DNA of 14,833 nt from a virus: UHGV virus genome UHGV-0120089, one strand, 5' to 3'. Positions within the stretch are counted from its first letter, which is position 1. The number at the start of each line of letters is the position of its first letter. Both the position numbers and the translations under genes were made by a program. The notes beneath the pieces were generated by a model. It had not been told where the DNA came from. It did no database searches and saw nothing but the letters and a program-made list of their open reading frames with translations. Below, in pieces: positions 7,483 to 14,833 of the stretch.

Positions 7483-7755
7483 TCACCTCGCTGTCAGTTG
7501 TTTTGATTTCCGGTAGCCTGCCGCGTAAATGGCTACGTTTGGCAGGCAAATACTTCCACTGCATTCATCTGCCTTCTTGCAGCAAAGGCTTCCTAGCGAT
7601 GCTGCTTTGTCTGCTCTGACGCAACCAGAGAGCTTTAGCGCAATTTTTCGCGCCAGTCGCTGTTCTTGCATTGCCTGCTCACGTTGAGCCTGTCTGCGTG
7701 CTCTGCGGCGATTTCTGGTGTTATCGTCAGCCAGATATGTAATGACTACTGCCAT
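7483..7755 (-). CDS. N: N-type transcription antiterminator, P22 gp24-like
   Basis: 90 aa with an N-terminal arginine-rich motif (NTRNRRRARRQAQREQ). The C-terminal end VAIYAAGYRKSKQLTAR resembles P22 N (GVALYAAGHRKSKQITAR, from memory). First gene downstream of pL/nutL. Confidence 0.85.
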   Translation of the reverse strand: MAVVITYLADDNTRNRRRARRQAQREQAMQEQRLARKIALKLSGCVRADKAASLGSLCCKKADECSGSICLPNVAIYAAGYRKSKQLTAR

Positions 7756-7862
7756 GTTGACCTCCGATGATTGACTTTGGCGGTGACGCGCCGGGTGCTT
7801 ATCTTCCGGTTGCCGTCGTGCAGCTGCACTTCACGTCACCCCAAAGCCAACTACTCTTTGGT

Positions 7863-7904
7863 TCCCGCATTTCGGCGGGACAATCCCATCAATGTTAAAG
7901 AGCC
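7863..7904 (-). promoter_or_regulatory. nutL: boxA (GGCTCTTTAACA) plus boxB hairpin (TCCCGCCGAAATGCGGGA)
   Basis: Minus-strand boxA at 7904-7893 and boxB stem-loop at 7880-7863, about 110 nt upstream of the N start. An identical boxB occurs at nutR. Confidence 0.7.
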
Positions 7905-7949
7905 TGCCAATCTGTTCCGTTTGGCTTCCAGCGTCCTGCTGATGGCTAA

Positions 7950-8035
7950 AGAATACTGTAGGTATTTTATTGTGTAAATACCCAAGGTATTTATTTTTGA
8001 TGAAATAATGATAAACAAATGAATACAAAGGATAT
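7950..8035 (-). promoter_or_regulatory. pL promoter with OL operators
   Basis: Minus-strand -35 TTTACA (7978-7973) and -10 TATTCT (7955-7950), 17-bp spacer. Three ATAC-N5-(G/A)TAT operator-like sites at 7953-7965, 7978-7990 and 8023-8035, resembling the OR sites. Confidence 0.6.
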
Positions 8036-8122
8036 TTATTTTTTCGCTGTCTGCTTGTTCAGTGATTTTTATGCGGGATATGTGAAGTGGATCCCGATAG
8101 CTATTGCTGCCGGGATTATGGG

Positions 8123-8491
8123 TTAGTCAGCGAAGGTTAAGACGAGAATTACCTTAATGATGTCTGCTACAACAGACACGGCCATAGATAAACCAAAGAC
8201 GATCCAAGCCACAGTGATGTCTTCACTACCATCGTATAGAGTTCCGTAATCACTGGTGTAAGGCGTAAATGTCGCGCCTTGATACAATAGGTATAAGCTT
8301 GATCCATAGAGGAAAAATGCAGATATCCCTTGTATTGCCATGATCACCAGAATCATGAAACGAGCTGATCTATGCGCCCAAGCCTGGCTTATTTTTTCTG
8401 ATAGAGATTTCGCAATAAAAGCATGCGCTAAGCAGTAAATTGTCGATATTGCCAACATCCCTAAAAAGCTTGCTATAGCGGTTCCAACCAT
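8123..8491 (-). CDS. Unknown 122-aa membrane protein with three predicted TM helices, co-transcribed downstream of cI (rexAB position)
   Basis: ATG at 8491 preceded by SD AAGGGG at 5 nt spacing, 17 nt after the cI stop. The track ORF begins at TTG 8512, an alternative start. Hydrophobic stretches VGTAIASFLGMLAISTIYCLAHAFIA, FMILVIMAIQGISAFFLYGSSLYLLY, ITVAWIVFGLSMAVSVVADIIKVILVLTF. No similarity to RexA/RexB recognised. Confidence 0.65.
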   Translation of the reverse strand: MVGTAIASFLGMLAISTIYCLAHAFIAKSLSEKISQAWAHRSARFMILVIMAIQGISAFFLYGSSLYLLYQGATFTPYTSDYGTLYDGSEDITVAWIVFGLSMAVSVVADIIKVILVLTFAD

Positions 8492-8508
8492 ATTCGCCCC
8501 TTGCGTGA

Positions 8509-9225
8509 TCAAACCAGTCTGAGTTTTGTCTCAATTGCAACGCCTATAATCTTGCAGTTTCCATTGATTGGCACGAGAGGCCATGCAGGATTAAGTCCCT
8601 TGAGGTATTTATTTCCGCCGTCGATTATCAGCTTCTTGAATGTTGCTTCGTTAGAGTCAGAAAGTTTTGCTATGACCAAGCTGCCGTTGATCGCCTCCCT
8701 TCCGGTATCGAAAAGAACGAATGTTCCCTCTGGAATGCTTAACCCAACCGGTGACGTCATTGAATCACCTTCCACTTTAAGCCAGAACGCATTACCTTGA
8801 ATATGCGCGTCAGACTCAAGCCAAACATCTATGTCTTTAATGGTGTATGGTTCGCATGCTTCACACCACGAGCCAGCCTGGATACTGCTTAACACCGGAT
8901 ACCTCTTTCCTGCTCTGTATTCCCCTGCATACCTTACGTTGGCATCGCTCTTAAGGCTTTCTGCCTGTTCTGCAACCTTGGCAGCAATTGACTGGCTAAA
9001 ATCAGCAATTGAGACTTGCAACAATCGTGCAAAACCAGATGCAACCTCAACGTTTAGCGCATTTCTGCCATTAAGATAATGCCCTACCGCTCCTTGGGTG
9101 ATACCCAGTTCATCAGCGATTGAGTATTGGGTTATCCCCAATTCTTTCTTTTTTGACTCATACAAAGCCTTAAGCCGCTTAGCGTCTTCGAGCTGTTCTG
9201 TCGTCAGTGATTTTTTATTTTCCAT
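8509..9225 (-). CDS. cI: CI-type prophage repressor (HTH plus S24 autopeptidase domain)
   Basis: 238 aa. N-terminus LTTEQLEDAKRLKALYESKKKELGITQ parallels lambda CI ([27 protein letters not shown], from memory). Ala-Gly cleavage site (SIQAGSW), GDSM serine motif and catalytic Lys (TFKKL). Confidence 0.92.
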   Translation of the reverse strand: MENKKSLTTEQLEDAKRLKALYESKKKELGITQYSIADELGITQGAVGHYLNGRNALNVEVASGFARLLQVSIADFSQSIAAKVAEQAESLKSDANVRYAGEYRAGKRYPVLSSIQAGSWCEACEPYTIKDIDVWLESDAHIQGNAFWLKVEGDSMTSPVGLSIPEGTFVLFDTGREAINGSLVIAKLSDSNEATFKKLIIDGGNKYLKGLNPAWPLVPINGNCKIIGVAIETKLRLV

Positions 9226-9261
9226 AGCTTAATTCTAATAGCTAAGGTACTTAAACTAAAA

Positions 9262-9302
9262 ATACCCTGAGTATTGATTGTTTTGAATACCTGTAGTATT
9301 CT
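9262..9302. promoter_or_regulatory. OR operators with pR (and divergent pRM)
   Basis: Operator-like palindromes ATACCCTGAGTAT (9262-9274) and ATACCTGTAGTAT (9287-9299). pR -35 TTGATT (9274-9279) and -10 TATTCT (9297-9302), the same -10 hexamer as pL. A third operator was not confidently located. Confidence 0.6.
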
Positions 9303-9331
9303 TTGTTCATGGTTAATAACGGAGAGTGCAT

Positions 9332-9526
9332 ATGATTCGAATGACACTTGCCGATTACGCCAAAATCCATGGACAGGCTAAAGCAGCCAGTGACTTTGGT
9401 GTAATCCAGTGCGCTATCAGCAAGGCCATTCTGGCAGGCCGTAACATTATGGTTACGGTAAAGCCTGATGGCAGTGTGATTGGAGAGGAGGTTCGTCCTT
9501 TCCCAAGCAACAAGAAAAACAAATAG
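9332..9526 (+). CDS. cro: Cro repressor
   Basis: From ATG 9332 (SD GGAGAG 5 nt upstream): [64 protein letters not shown], parallel to lambda Cro ([59 protein letters not shown], from memory). Confidence 0.9.
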   Translation: MIRMTLADYAKIHGQAKAASDFGVIQCAISKAILAGRNIMVTVKPDGSVIGEEVRPFPSNKKNK

Positions 9527-9532
9527 TAACAC

Positions 9533-9577
9533 CGCTCTTTAACAGTCATGGTCCTCATTCCCGCCGAAATGCGGGAA
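9533..9577 (+). promoter_or_regulatory. nutR: boxA (CGCTCTTTAACA) plus boxB hairpin (TCCCGCCGAAATGCGGGA)
   Basis: boxA at 9533-9544 and boxB at 9558-9577, between cro and cII; boxB is identical to the nutL copy. Confidence 0.7.
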
Positions 9578-9634
9578 TACAACGCGCATCAGTTGGTGCG
9601 CATAACTTCTTATTTGTTAAGGAAATACTTACAT

Positions 9635-9841
9635 ATGCAACTTACAAGTACTCGCAAGAAAGCGAATGCAATTACAAGCAACATCCTAAATCGAATTGCT
9701 GTACGTGGTCAGCGAAAGGTTGCTGATGCATTAGGGATCAATGAATCGCAAATTTCGCGATGGAAAGACAGCTTTATCCCAAAGATGGCCATGCTTCTGG
9801 CTGTGCTGGAGTGGGGTGTTGAAGACGAGGAATTAGCGTAG
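9635..9841 (+). CDS. cII: CII-like lysogeny activator, ending at an in-frame TAG after 68 codons (apparent truncation; 23 further CII-like codons follow in frame)
   Basis: From ATG 9635: ...ADALGINESQISRWKDSFIPKMAMLLAVLEWGVEDEELA*, parallel to lambda CII (AEAVGVDKSQISRWKRDWIPKFSMLLAVLEWGVVDDDMA). After TAG 9839-9841 the frame continues LAKKVAMVLTKEKPQDCGNSFEA* to 9913, resembling the lambda CII tail LARQVAAILTNKKRP. Confidence 0.7.
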   Translation: MQLTSTRKKANAITSNILNRIAVRGQRKVADALGINESQISRWKDSFIPKMAMLLAVLEWGVEDEELA

Positions 9842-9947
9842 CTGGCAAAGAAAGTAGCCATGGTGCTGACAAAAGAAAAGCCTCAAGACTGCGGCAACAG
9901 TTTTGAGGCCTGATGTAGAAAGACTGGATCAATCCACAGGAGTAATT

Positions 9948-10109
9948 ATGACAAAACGTCGTAAGAAATACCAGGAAAAAGAAGAGATTCGACACCCTGA
10001 TTCACCTGAGGGATTAGTGGTAGCCGCAGCAAATAACAGGGCGTTCGCAGAGCGCCTTGTTGGTGTTCACAGACTAGCCAAAGCAGGAGTGAAACATGGG
10101 CGTCGTTAA
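9948..10109 (+). CDS. Hypothetical 53-aa basic protein between cII and the initiator gene
   Basis: ATG at 9948 with SD AGGAG 7 nt upstream; lysine/arginine-rich N-terminus. No family recognised. Its 3' end overlaps the O-like start. Confidence 0.4.
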   Translation: MTKRRKKYQEKEEIRHPDSPEGLVVAAANNRAFAERLVGVHRLAKAGVKHGRR

Positions 10110-10917
10110 GTTAGCTGATTACAGGCCTCAACTGGAGGTCGTGGAGCATCGCGTGGCAGATACCGAAGATGGTTTCATGCGCGTTGCTAACGAGATTACC
10201 GACAGTCTGCTGATGGCTGATTTAACCGTCCGGCAGCTGAAGGTGATGCTCGCTATCATGCGCAAGACATACGGATTCAATAAGCCGATGGATCGACTCA
10301 CAAACACGCAGATAGCAGCCATGACAGGTATTCATCACACTCATGTTTGCGCTGCCAAGCGCCAGCTTATTGAGCGTAAATTCCTCATTGCTGATGGCGT
10401 GAAAATCGGAGTGAACAAGGTGGTTTCTCAGTGGATTAGCCAGGACAGCTTAACATTAGCTAAAACAGCTAATAAAACATTAGCCAAGTCGGCTAATGGG
10501 TATAAGCCAAGTCAGCTAAACACAAAAGACAATATACAAAAGACAATAAATACAAATACCCCCTTACCCCCTAACGGGGGCGGCGATGGGCAGGTTAAAC
10601 CTGAACGTCGCAAGGCAGAACGAATCGACTACGAATCCTTCCTGAACGCCTACAACACCGAAGTCGGTGACAGACTTCCACATGCTGTTGCAGTCAACGA
10701 GAAACGCAAACGCCGCCTGAAGAAAATCATCCCGCAACTGAAAACGCCAAACGTGGACGGTTTCAGAGCGTATGTCAGGGCGTTTGTGCATCAGGCCAAG
10801 CCGTTTTACTTCGGAGACAACGACACGGGCTGGACGGCCGATTTTGATTACCTGCTGAGGGAAGACTCGTTAACGGGAGTTCGGGAAGGGAAGTTTGCAG
10901 ACAGGGGGATTGCATGA
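10096..10917 (+). CDS. O: Replication initiator, lambda O-like (N-terminal iteron-binding domain) with internal ori
   Basis: 273 aa. [34 protein letters not shown] parallels lambda O (ADLTKRQFKVLLAILRKTYGWNKPMDRITDSQLS, from memory). Iterons and an AT-rich tract lie in the middle of the gene. Confidence 0.9.
   Translation: MGVVKLADYRPQLEVVEHRVADTEDGFMRVANEITDSLLMADLTVRQLKVMLAIMRKTYGFNKPMDRLTNTQIAAMTGIHHTHVCAAKRQLIERKFLIADGVKIGVNKVVSQWISQDSLTLAKTANKTLAKSANGYKPSQLNTKDNIQKTINTNTPLPPNGGGDGQVKPERRKAERIDYESFLNAYNTEVGDRLPHAVAVNEKRKRRLKKIIPQLKTPNVDGFRAYVRAFVHQAKPFYFGDNDTGWTADFDYLLREDSLTGVREGKFADRGIA
10447..10560. repeat. Replication origin: three to four iterons (TTAGC(T/C)-N5-(A/G)GCTAA type, about 24-bp period) followed by an A/T-rich tract
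   Basis: TTAGCTAAAACAGCTAA (10456-10472), TTAGCCAAGTCGGCTAA (10480-10496), TAAGCCAAGTCAGCTAA (10503-10519), then AAAAGACAATATACAAAAGACAATAAATACAAATA (10523-10558). Confidence 0.65.
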
Positions 10918-12290
10918 GACAGGATATCGAAGCGAGCGTTATCGGTGGCCTGCTGATTGGTGGATTAACGCCAACCGCCAGTGACGTTCTGGCAACGCTG
11001 GAGCCGGAAGCGTTTTCAATTCCGCTCTACCGGAAAGCCTTCGAGGTTATCCGCAAGCAGGCGCGAAACAGAAACCTAATCGACGCGCTGATGGTTGCCG
11101 AGGAGTGCGGAGAGGAGCATTTCACGTCAATCCTGATGACCAGCAAAAACTGCCCGAGTGCCGCAAACCTGAAGGGATATGCCGGAATGGTCGCGGATAA
11201 CTATCACCGCCGTCTGGTGCTGGAAATCATGGATGAAATGCGTGAACCAATCCAAAGCGGAACCATCGACGCATCGAGTCAGGCGATGGATGAACTTGTA
11301 AAGCGTCTTTCAGCCATCAGAAAGCCCCGTGACGAGGTTAAACCTGTACGGTTAGGGGAAATCATCACTGACTACACTGACACGCTTGACAGGCGTCTGA
11401 GGAACGGAGAAGAGTCAGATACCCTGAAGACCGGAATCGAAGAACTTGACGCCATCACCGGAGGGATGAACGCGGAAGACCTGGTGATTATCGCCGCTCG
11501 TCCTGGTATGGGGAAAACCGAACTGGCGCTGAAGATTGCCGAAGGCGTTGCAAGCCGCGTTATTCCTGGTTCTGACGTTCGGCGCGGAGTATTGATTTTC
11601 TCGATGGAAATGAGCGCATTGCAGATTGCAGAGCGAAGCATTGCCAACGCCGGGAGGATGTCGGTTAGCGTGCTGCGAAATCCTGCTTCGATGGATGACG
11701 AAGGCTGGGCGCGCGTTGCTAACGGCATGAGTCAGCTTGCAGATTTGGATGTATGGGTAGTCGATGCCTCGCGGTTATCGGTCGAAGAAATACGCTCAAT
11801 CGCAGAACGGCACAAACAGGAAAATCCAAACCTGTCACTCATCATGGTGGATTATCTTGGCCTGATTGAGAAGCCGAAAGCAGATCGCAACGACCTCGCA
11901 ATTGCTCACATCTCCGGAAGCCTGAAGGCGATGGCGAAAGACCTGAAAACGCCAGTTATCTCCCTAAGTCAGCTTTCGCGCGATGTTGAGAAGCGACCAA
12001 ACAAACGCCCGACAAACGCAGATTTGCGTGATTCAGGAAGCATTGAACAGGACGCAGACTCAATCATCATGCTCTATCGGGAAGCGGTATATGACGAGAA
12101 CAGTAGCGCCGCGCCATTTGCTGAAATCATTGTGACGAAAAACCGTTTTGGCTCGCTTGGTACGGTTTACCAGCGGTTCTGCAACGGACACTTTGTTGCA
12201 TGTGACCAGGATGAAGCCAGACAGATTTGCACAGCATCAAATGCACCTGCTGCGCGTGGCAGACGATATGCACAAGGGGCTGACGTATGA
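10914..12290 (+). CDS. Replicative DNA helicase, DnaB family (phage-encoded, P22 gene 12-like)
   Basis: 458 aa. Walker [10 protein letters not shown], Walker [10 protein letters not shown], and the N-terminal DnaB-like domain. Start overlaps the O stop (ATGA). Confidence 0.92.
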   Translation: MRQDIEASVIGGLLIGGLTPTASDVLATLEPEAFSIPLYRKAFEVIRKQARNRNLIDALMVAEECGEEHFTSILMTSKNCPSAANLKGYAGMVADNYHRRLVLEIMDEMREPIQSGTIDASSQAMDELVKRLSAIRKPRDEVKPVRLGEIITDYTDTLDRRLRNGEESDTLKTGIEELDAITGGMNAEDLVIIAARPGMGKTELALKIAEGVASRVIPGSDVRRGVLIFSMEMSALQIAERSIANAGRMSVSVLRNPASMDDEGWARVANGMSQLADLDVWVVDASRLSVEEIRSIAERHKQENPNLSLIMVDYLGLIEKPKADRNDLAIAHISGSLKAMAKDLKTPVISLSQLSRDVEKRPNKRPTNADLRDSGSIEQDADSIIMLYREAVYDENSSAAPFAEIIVTKNRFGSLGTVYQRFCNGHFVACDQDEARQICTASNAPAARGRRYAQGADV

Positions 12291-12315
12291 CCATCTACAT
12301 CACTGAGCTAATAAC

Positions 12316-12347
12316 AGGCCTGCTGGTAATCGCAGGCCTTTTTATTT
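12316..12347 (+). terminator. Rho-independent terminator downstream of the replication genes (tR2-like position)
   Basis: AGGCCTGC-TGGTAATC-GCAGGCCT followed by TTTTTATTT. Confidence 0.7.
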
Positions 12348-12375
12348 GGGGGAGAGTAATTGGAGGCTTTGAGAA

Positions 12376-12591
12376 ATGAGTACGATAGCTGTACTTGTCA
12401 GGGCTAATTTTCGTGAAGAGTTGGTGCGTTGGTATCGGTATCGTTCATCGTCCAGTTTGCCGCTTGATGAGTTGTATGAGCATTCACCTGCCGCACGACG
12501 CTATCCGCGTGACCGTGTTCTTCGACGGTTGTCCAAACTCAACAATGAGTTTCAGCGCAACAGAATTATTCGGAGTCTGGATTTAAAGTAA
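12376..12591 (+). CDS. Hypothetical 71-aa arginine-rich protein
   Basis: ATG with GGAGG upstream; immediately followed by the next ORF. No family recognised. Confidence 0.5.
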   Translation: MSTIAVLVRANFREELVRWYRYRSSSSLPLDELYEHSPAARRYPRDRVLRRLSKLNNEFQRNRIIRSLDLK

Positions 12592-12601
12592 AGGAGTGAG
12601 T

Positions 12602-12808
12602 ATGACAAATCAGGAGCAAATAGAGTTCATCCTTGAGCAGATCCGAAAAATGCGAGAAAAGAACCAACCAGACATGATGGAACTATGGAGACGACAGCAG
12701 GAAGAATGCCGCAAGCAGATTTTTGGTGAGAGAAAACAGGATGGCTGGAGCCTATATGGCTATGGCACCAGGCCAAATAAAAACGGATACAGCCTTTACA
12801 CATATTGA
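12602..12808 (+). CDS. Hypothetical 68-aa protein with Tyr/Gly-rich C-terminal repeat (GWSLYGYG...GYSLYTY)
   Basis: ATG at 12602 with SD AAGGAG 5 nt upstream (the track ORF starts at an upstream GTG). No family recognised. Confidence 0.5.
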   Translation: MTNQEQIEFILEQIRKMREKNQPDMMELWRRQQEECRKQIFGERKQDGWSLYGYGTRPNKNGYSLYTY

Positions 12809-12816
12809 GGAATTCC

Positions 12817-13227
12817 ATGAAACAGACAATTTTCCTCAGGAGTAAGCAACAACAGCAAGCTGCAATAAATGCCATCCTCGCAACACCACTCGATAAAGAC
12901 AAGCCAGTCACCATCCGCATTACTGACTACAAGCGCAACCTTGACCAGAACGCAAAATTTCACGCGATGCTGGCGGATATCGCACGTCAGGTTCAATGGT
13001 GCGATAAATGGTTAAAACCAGAACAATGGAAGGTTTTGTTGATTAGCGGTCATGCAGTGGCGACAAAGCAGGAAGCTGATGTTTTGCCCGGCCTTGAAGG
13101 TGAATACGTCAACATTCGCGAAAGCAGCGCACAGATGAGCGTGAAGCGCATGGCAAGCCTGATTGAGTACACGACAGCATGGGCTATTGGTCAGGGTGTC
13201 AGATTTACCGACAGGAGGTACGAATGA
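12817..13227 (+). CDS. ninB: NinB (Orf) recombination mediator
   Basis: From ATG 12817 (SD GAGGA): [32 protein letters not shown] parallels lambda NinB (IVVTIQERNRSLDQNRKLWACLGDVSRQVEW, from memory). Confidence 0.85.
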   Translation: MKQTIFLRSKQQQQAAINAILATPLDKDKPVTIRITDYKRNLDQNAKFHAMLADIARQVQWCDKWLKPEQWKVLLISGHAVATKQEADVLPGLEGEYVNIRESSAQMSVKRMASLIEYTTAWAIGQGVRFTDRRYE

Positions 13228-13406
13228 GACGACAGCGACGAAGTATCACCGACATCATCTGCGAAAACTGCAAATACCTTCCAACGAAGCGCTCCAGAAA
13301 TAAACGCAAGCCAATCCCAAAAGAATCTGACGTAAAAACCTTCAACTACACGGCTCACCTGTGGGATATCCGGTGGCTTAGAGAACGTGCGAGGAAAACA
13401 AGGTGA
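13224..13406 (+). CDS. ninE: NinE-like small basic protein (60 aa)
   Basis: [52 protein letters not shown]... matches lambda NinE from memory. The name is less certain than the family, because I may be confusing NinD/E/F labels. ATG overlaps the ninB stop, SD AGGAGG. Confidence 0.7.
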   Translation: MRRQRRSITDIICENCKYLPTKRSRNKRKPIPKESDVKTFNYTAHLWDIRWLRERARKTR

Positions 13407-13573
13407 TTGACCCAAATCGAAGTTACGAACAAGAAAGCGTCGAGCGAGCTTTAACGTGCGCTAACTGCGGTCAGAAGCTGCATGTGCTGGAATTTCACGT
13501 GTGTGAGCACTGCTGCGCAGAAGTGATGAGCGATCCGAATAGCTCAATGTACGAGGAAGAAGACGATGAATGA
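13403..13573 (+). CDS. NinF-like zinc-ribbon protein (56 aa, GTG start)
   Basis: Hand translation: [56 protein letters not shown]; CxxC...CxxCC motif; GTGA overlap with the preceding stop. Below the ORF-track cutoff. Confidence 0.6.
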   Translation: MIDPNRSYEQESVERALTCANCGQKLHVLEFHVCEHCCAEVMSDPNSSMYEEEDDE

Positions 13574-13820
13574 GTTAATAAATGGCAATGCCATCAAAAT
13601 GACAAGCATTGAAATCGCTGAGTTGGTGGGTAAGCGTCATGACAATGTGAAACGTACCATCGAAACGCTGGCTAAAAATGGTGTTATCCGGCTTCCTCAA
13701 ATTGAGGTTTCCGAAAGAATCAATAACTTAGGGTTCAATGTTCAGTACGAGCATTACGTCTTCGAAGGCGAACAAGGAAAGCGCGACAGCATTATTGTCG
13801 TTGAAGGAGGTGTTGCATGA
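13566..13820 (+). CDS. Short Rha-family (pRha-like) phage regulatory protein, N-terminal domain only
   Basis: 84 aa; MTSIEIAELVGKRHDNVKRTIETL resembles the conserved motif of the Phage_pRha domain. Overlaps the next gene by ATGA. Confidence 0.55.
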   Translation: MNELINGNAIKMTSIEIAELVGKRHDNVKRTIETLAKNGVIRLPQIEVSERINNLGFNVQYEHYVFEGEQGKRDSIIVVEGGVA

Positions 13821-14587
13821 ATGCCGTAATTATTGCCAACGCAGAAATCGTGCCGATTGAGTTTAATGGTGAGCGTGTTGTTACGTATCAAATGATTGCT
13901 GATATTCACGGGGTTCCAGTAACCACTATCAAAGATGGTTATGCGAGAAACGCGAAATATTTTATAGACGGAGAAGATACGTATCTTATTGATTTTACGC
14001 AACAGACGGCCTACCCGTCGATGAAGATTTCACCAAATGGCTTAAGGGTTTTCACAGAATCCGGCTATCTGATGCTGGTAAAGACACTACGTGATGAGAC
14101 AGCGTGGCGCGTACAGCGAGAGTTGGTGAGGAACTATTTCCGCAACAAAGTGAGCCAGCAATTACAACTGCCTGACTTCTCCAACCCGGCAGAGGCTGCC
14201 AGAGCATGGGCTAATGAGTATGAGCAGAAGGTGAAGTTGGAACAGCAGCTTGCTCTCGCAGCACCTAAAGTTGAGTTTGCCGATCGCGTTGGCGAGGCCA
14301 GTGGAATTTTGATTGGAAACTTTGCAAAGGTTGTTGGAATTGGTCCAAACAAACTGTTTGCGTGGATGCGCGATCACAAAATCCTTATTGCTTCAGGTTC
14401 CCGGCGCAATGTGCCAATGCAGGAATATATGGAGCGCGGCTATTTCACAGTGAAAGAAACAGCGGTCAACACAAATCACGGAATACAGATATCGTTCACC
14501 ACAAAAATCACCGGGCGTGGTCAACAGTGGCTGACCAGAAAGCTGCTCGATAACGGAATGCTGAAAGTAACAGGTGAGGCTGCTTAA
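13817..14587 (+). CDS. Phage antirepressor-type protein (KilA-N/ORF6N N-terminal domain plus KilAC C-terminal domain)
   Basis: 256 aa; domain architecture judged from the sequence (N-terminal YQMIADIHGVPVTTIKDGY...LRVFTESGYLML and C-terminal AEAARAWANEYEQKVKLEQQL...FAKVVGIGPNKLFAWMRDHKIL). Assigned from memory. Confidence 0.75.
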   Translation: MNAVIIANAEIVPIEFNGERVVTYQMIADIHGVPVTTIKDGYARNAKYFIDGEDTYLIDFTQQTAYPSMKISPNGLRVFTESGYLMLVKTLRDETAWRVQRELVRNYFRNKVSQQLQLPDFSNPAEAARAWANEYEQKVKLEQQLALAAPKVEFADRVGEASGILIGNFAKVVGIGPNKLFAWMRDHKILIASGSRRNVPMQEYMERGYFTVKETAVNTNHGIQISFTTKITGRGQQWLTRKLLDNGMLKVTGEAA

Positions 14588-14833
14588 TGGCTAATCTACG
14601 CAAAGAAGCACGCGGCAGAGAATGCCAGGTACGTATTTACGGCGTATGCAATGGCAACCCTGAAACTACAGTTCTGGCACATTACCGGATGGCTGGAATT
14701 TGCGGAACGGGAATGAAGCCTGACGACCTGATCGGTGCATGGGCTTGTAGTGACTGCCACGCGGAGATCGACCGACGCACCCATAATCTCGACAACAAAG
14801 ACGCCAGACTTTACCACCTCGAAGGCGTGATCA
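14587..14833 (+). CDS. YbcO-like (DUF1364) protein, 5' partial (runs off the window end)
   Basis: Hand translation: MANLRKEARGRECQVRIYGVCNGNPETTVLAHYRMAGICGTGMKPDDLIGAWACSDCHAEIDRRTHNLDNKDARLYHLEGVI..., resembling E. coli prophage YbcO (MADLRKAARGRECQVRIPGVCNGNPETSVLAH..., from memory). ATG overlaps the preceding TAA. Confidence 0.65.
   Translation, partial: MANLRKEARGRECQVRIYGVCNGNPETTVLAHYRMAGICGTGMKPDDLIGAWACSDCHAEIDRRTHNLDNKDARLYHLEGVI

Noticed and set aside
8501-9079. ORFs 8501-8800 (+) and 8831-9079 (+)
   Set aside because: Antisense to the CI repressor gene, which has clear HTH and S24 signatures.
9548-9634. N-terminal extension of the cII ORF starting at 9548
   Set aside because: The extension overlaps the nutR boxB hairpin and has no CII homology; the ATG at 9635 has an AAGGA RBS and aligns with the lambda CII start.
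11372-11728. 118-aa minus-strand ORF
   Set aside because: Antisense inside the DnaB-family helicase gene.
12395-12996. ORFs 12395-12586 (+), 12627-12920 (-) and 12796-12996 (-)
   Set aside because: Overlap better-supported ORFs (12376-12591, 12602-12808, ninB) in other frames or on the opposite strand; TTG or absent start signals and cysteine-rich, low-complexity translations.
14134-14553. ORFs 14134-14352 (-), 14162-14377 (-) and 14362-14553 (+)
   Set aside because: Antisense or alternative frame within the antirepressor-type gene.
1-14833. CRISPR arrays, rRNA or tRNA genes, IS elements
   Set aside because: No spacer-repeat periodicity, no recognisable RNA-gene structure and no transposase-like ORF or terminal inverted repeats were seen.

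Overview
The window is the left end, immunity region, replication module and start of the nin region of an integrated lambdoid prophage, with mosaic ancestry. From left to right: a LexA-box-controlled two-gene operon whose second gene is UmuD'-like (1-800); an att-like region with short direct repeats (1112-1407); a P4-type tyrosine integrase (+); then a leftward early operon (- strand) with AlpA-type excisionase, several small accessory ORFs including a TraR/DksA zinc finger, and a recombination/host-takeover block that matches phage lambda from memory (exo, bet, gam, kil, cIII, a frameshifted ea10). Next come a SieB-family exclusion gene (+), a P22-type N antiterminator with nutL, pL/OL, a CI repressor co-transcribed with an unknown 3-TM membrane protein in the rexAB position, OR/pR, cro, nutR, a CII gene interrupted by an in-frame TAG, an O-type initiator with internal ori iterons, a DnaB-family helicase, a terminator, two unknown small ORFs, ninB/ninE/ninF-like genes, a Rha-like plus KilA-N/KilAC antirepressor pair, and a partial YbcO-like gene. 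All homology calls come from reading the translations and recalling reference proteins; no searches or alignments were run. The best candidates for something undescribed are the membrane protein downstream of cI and the SOS-regulated UmuD'-like bicistron.
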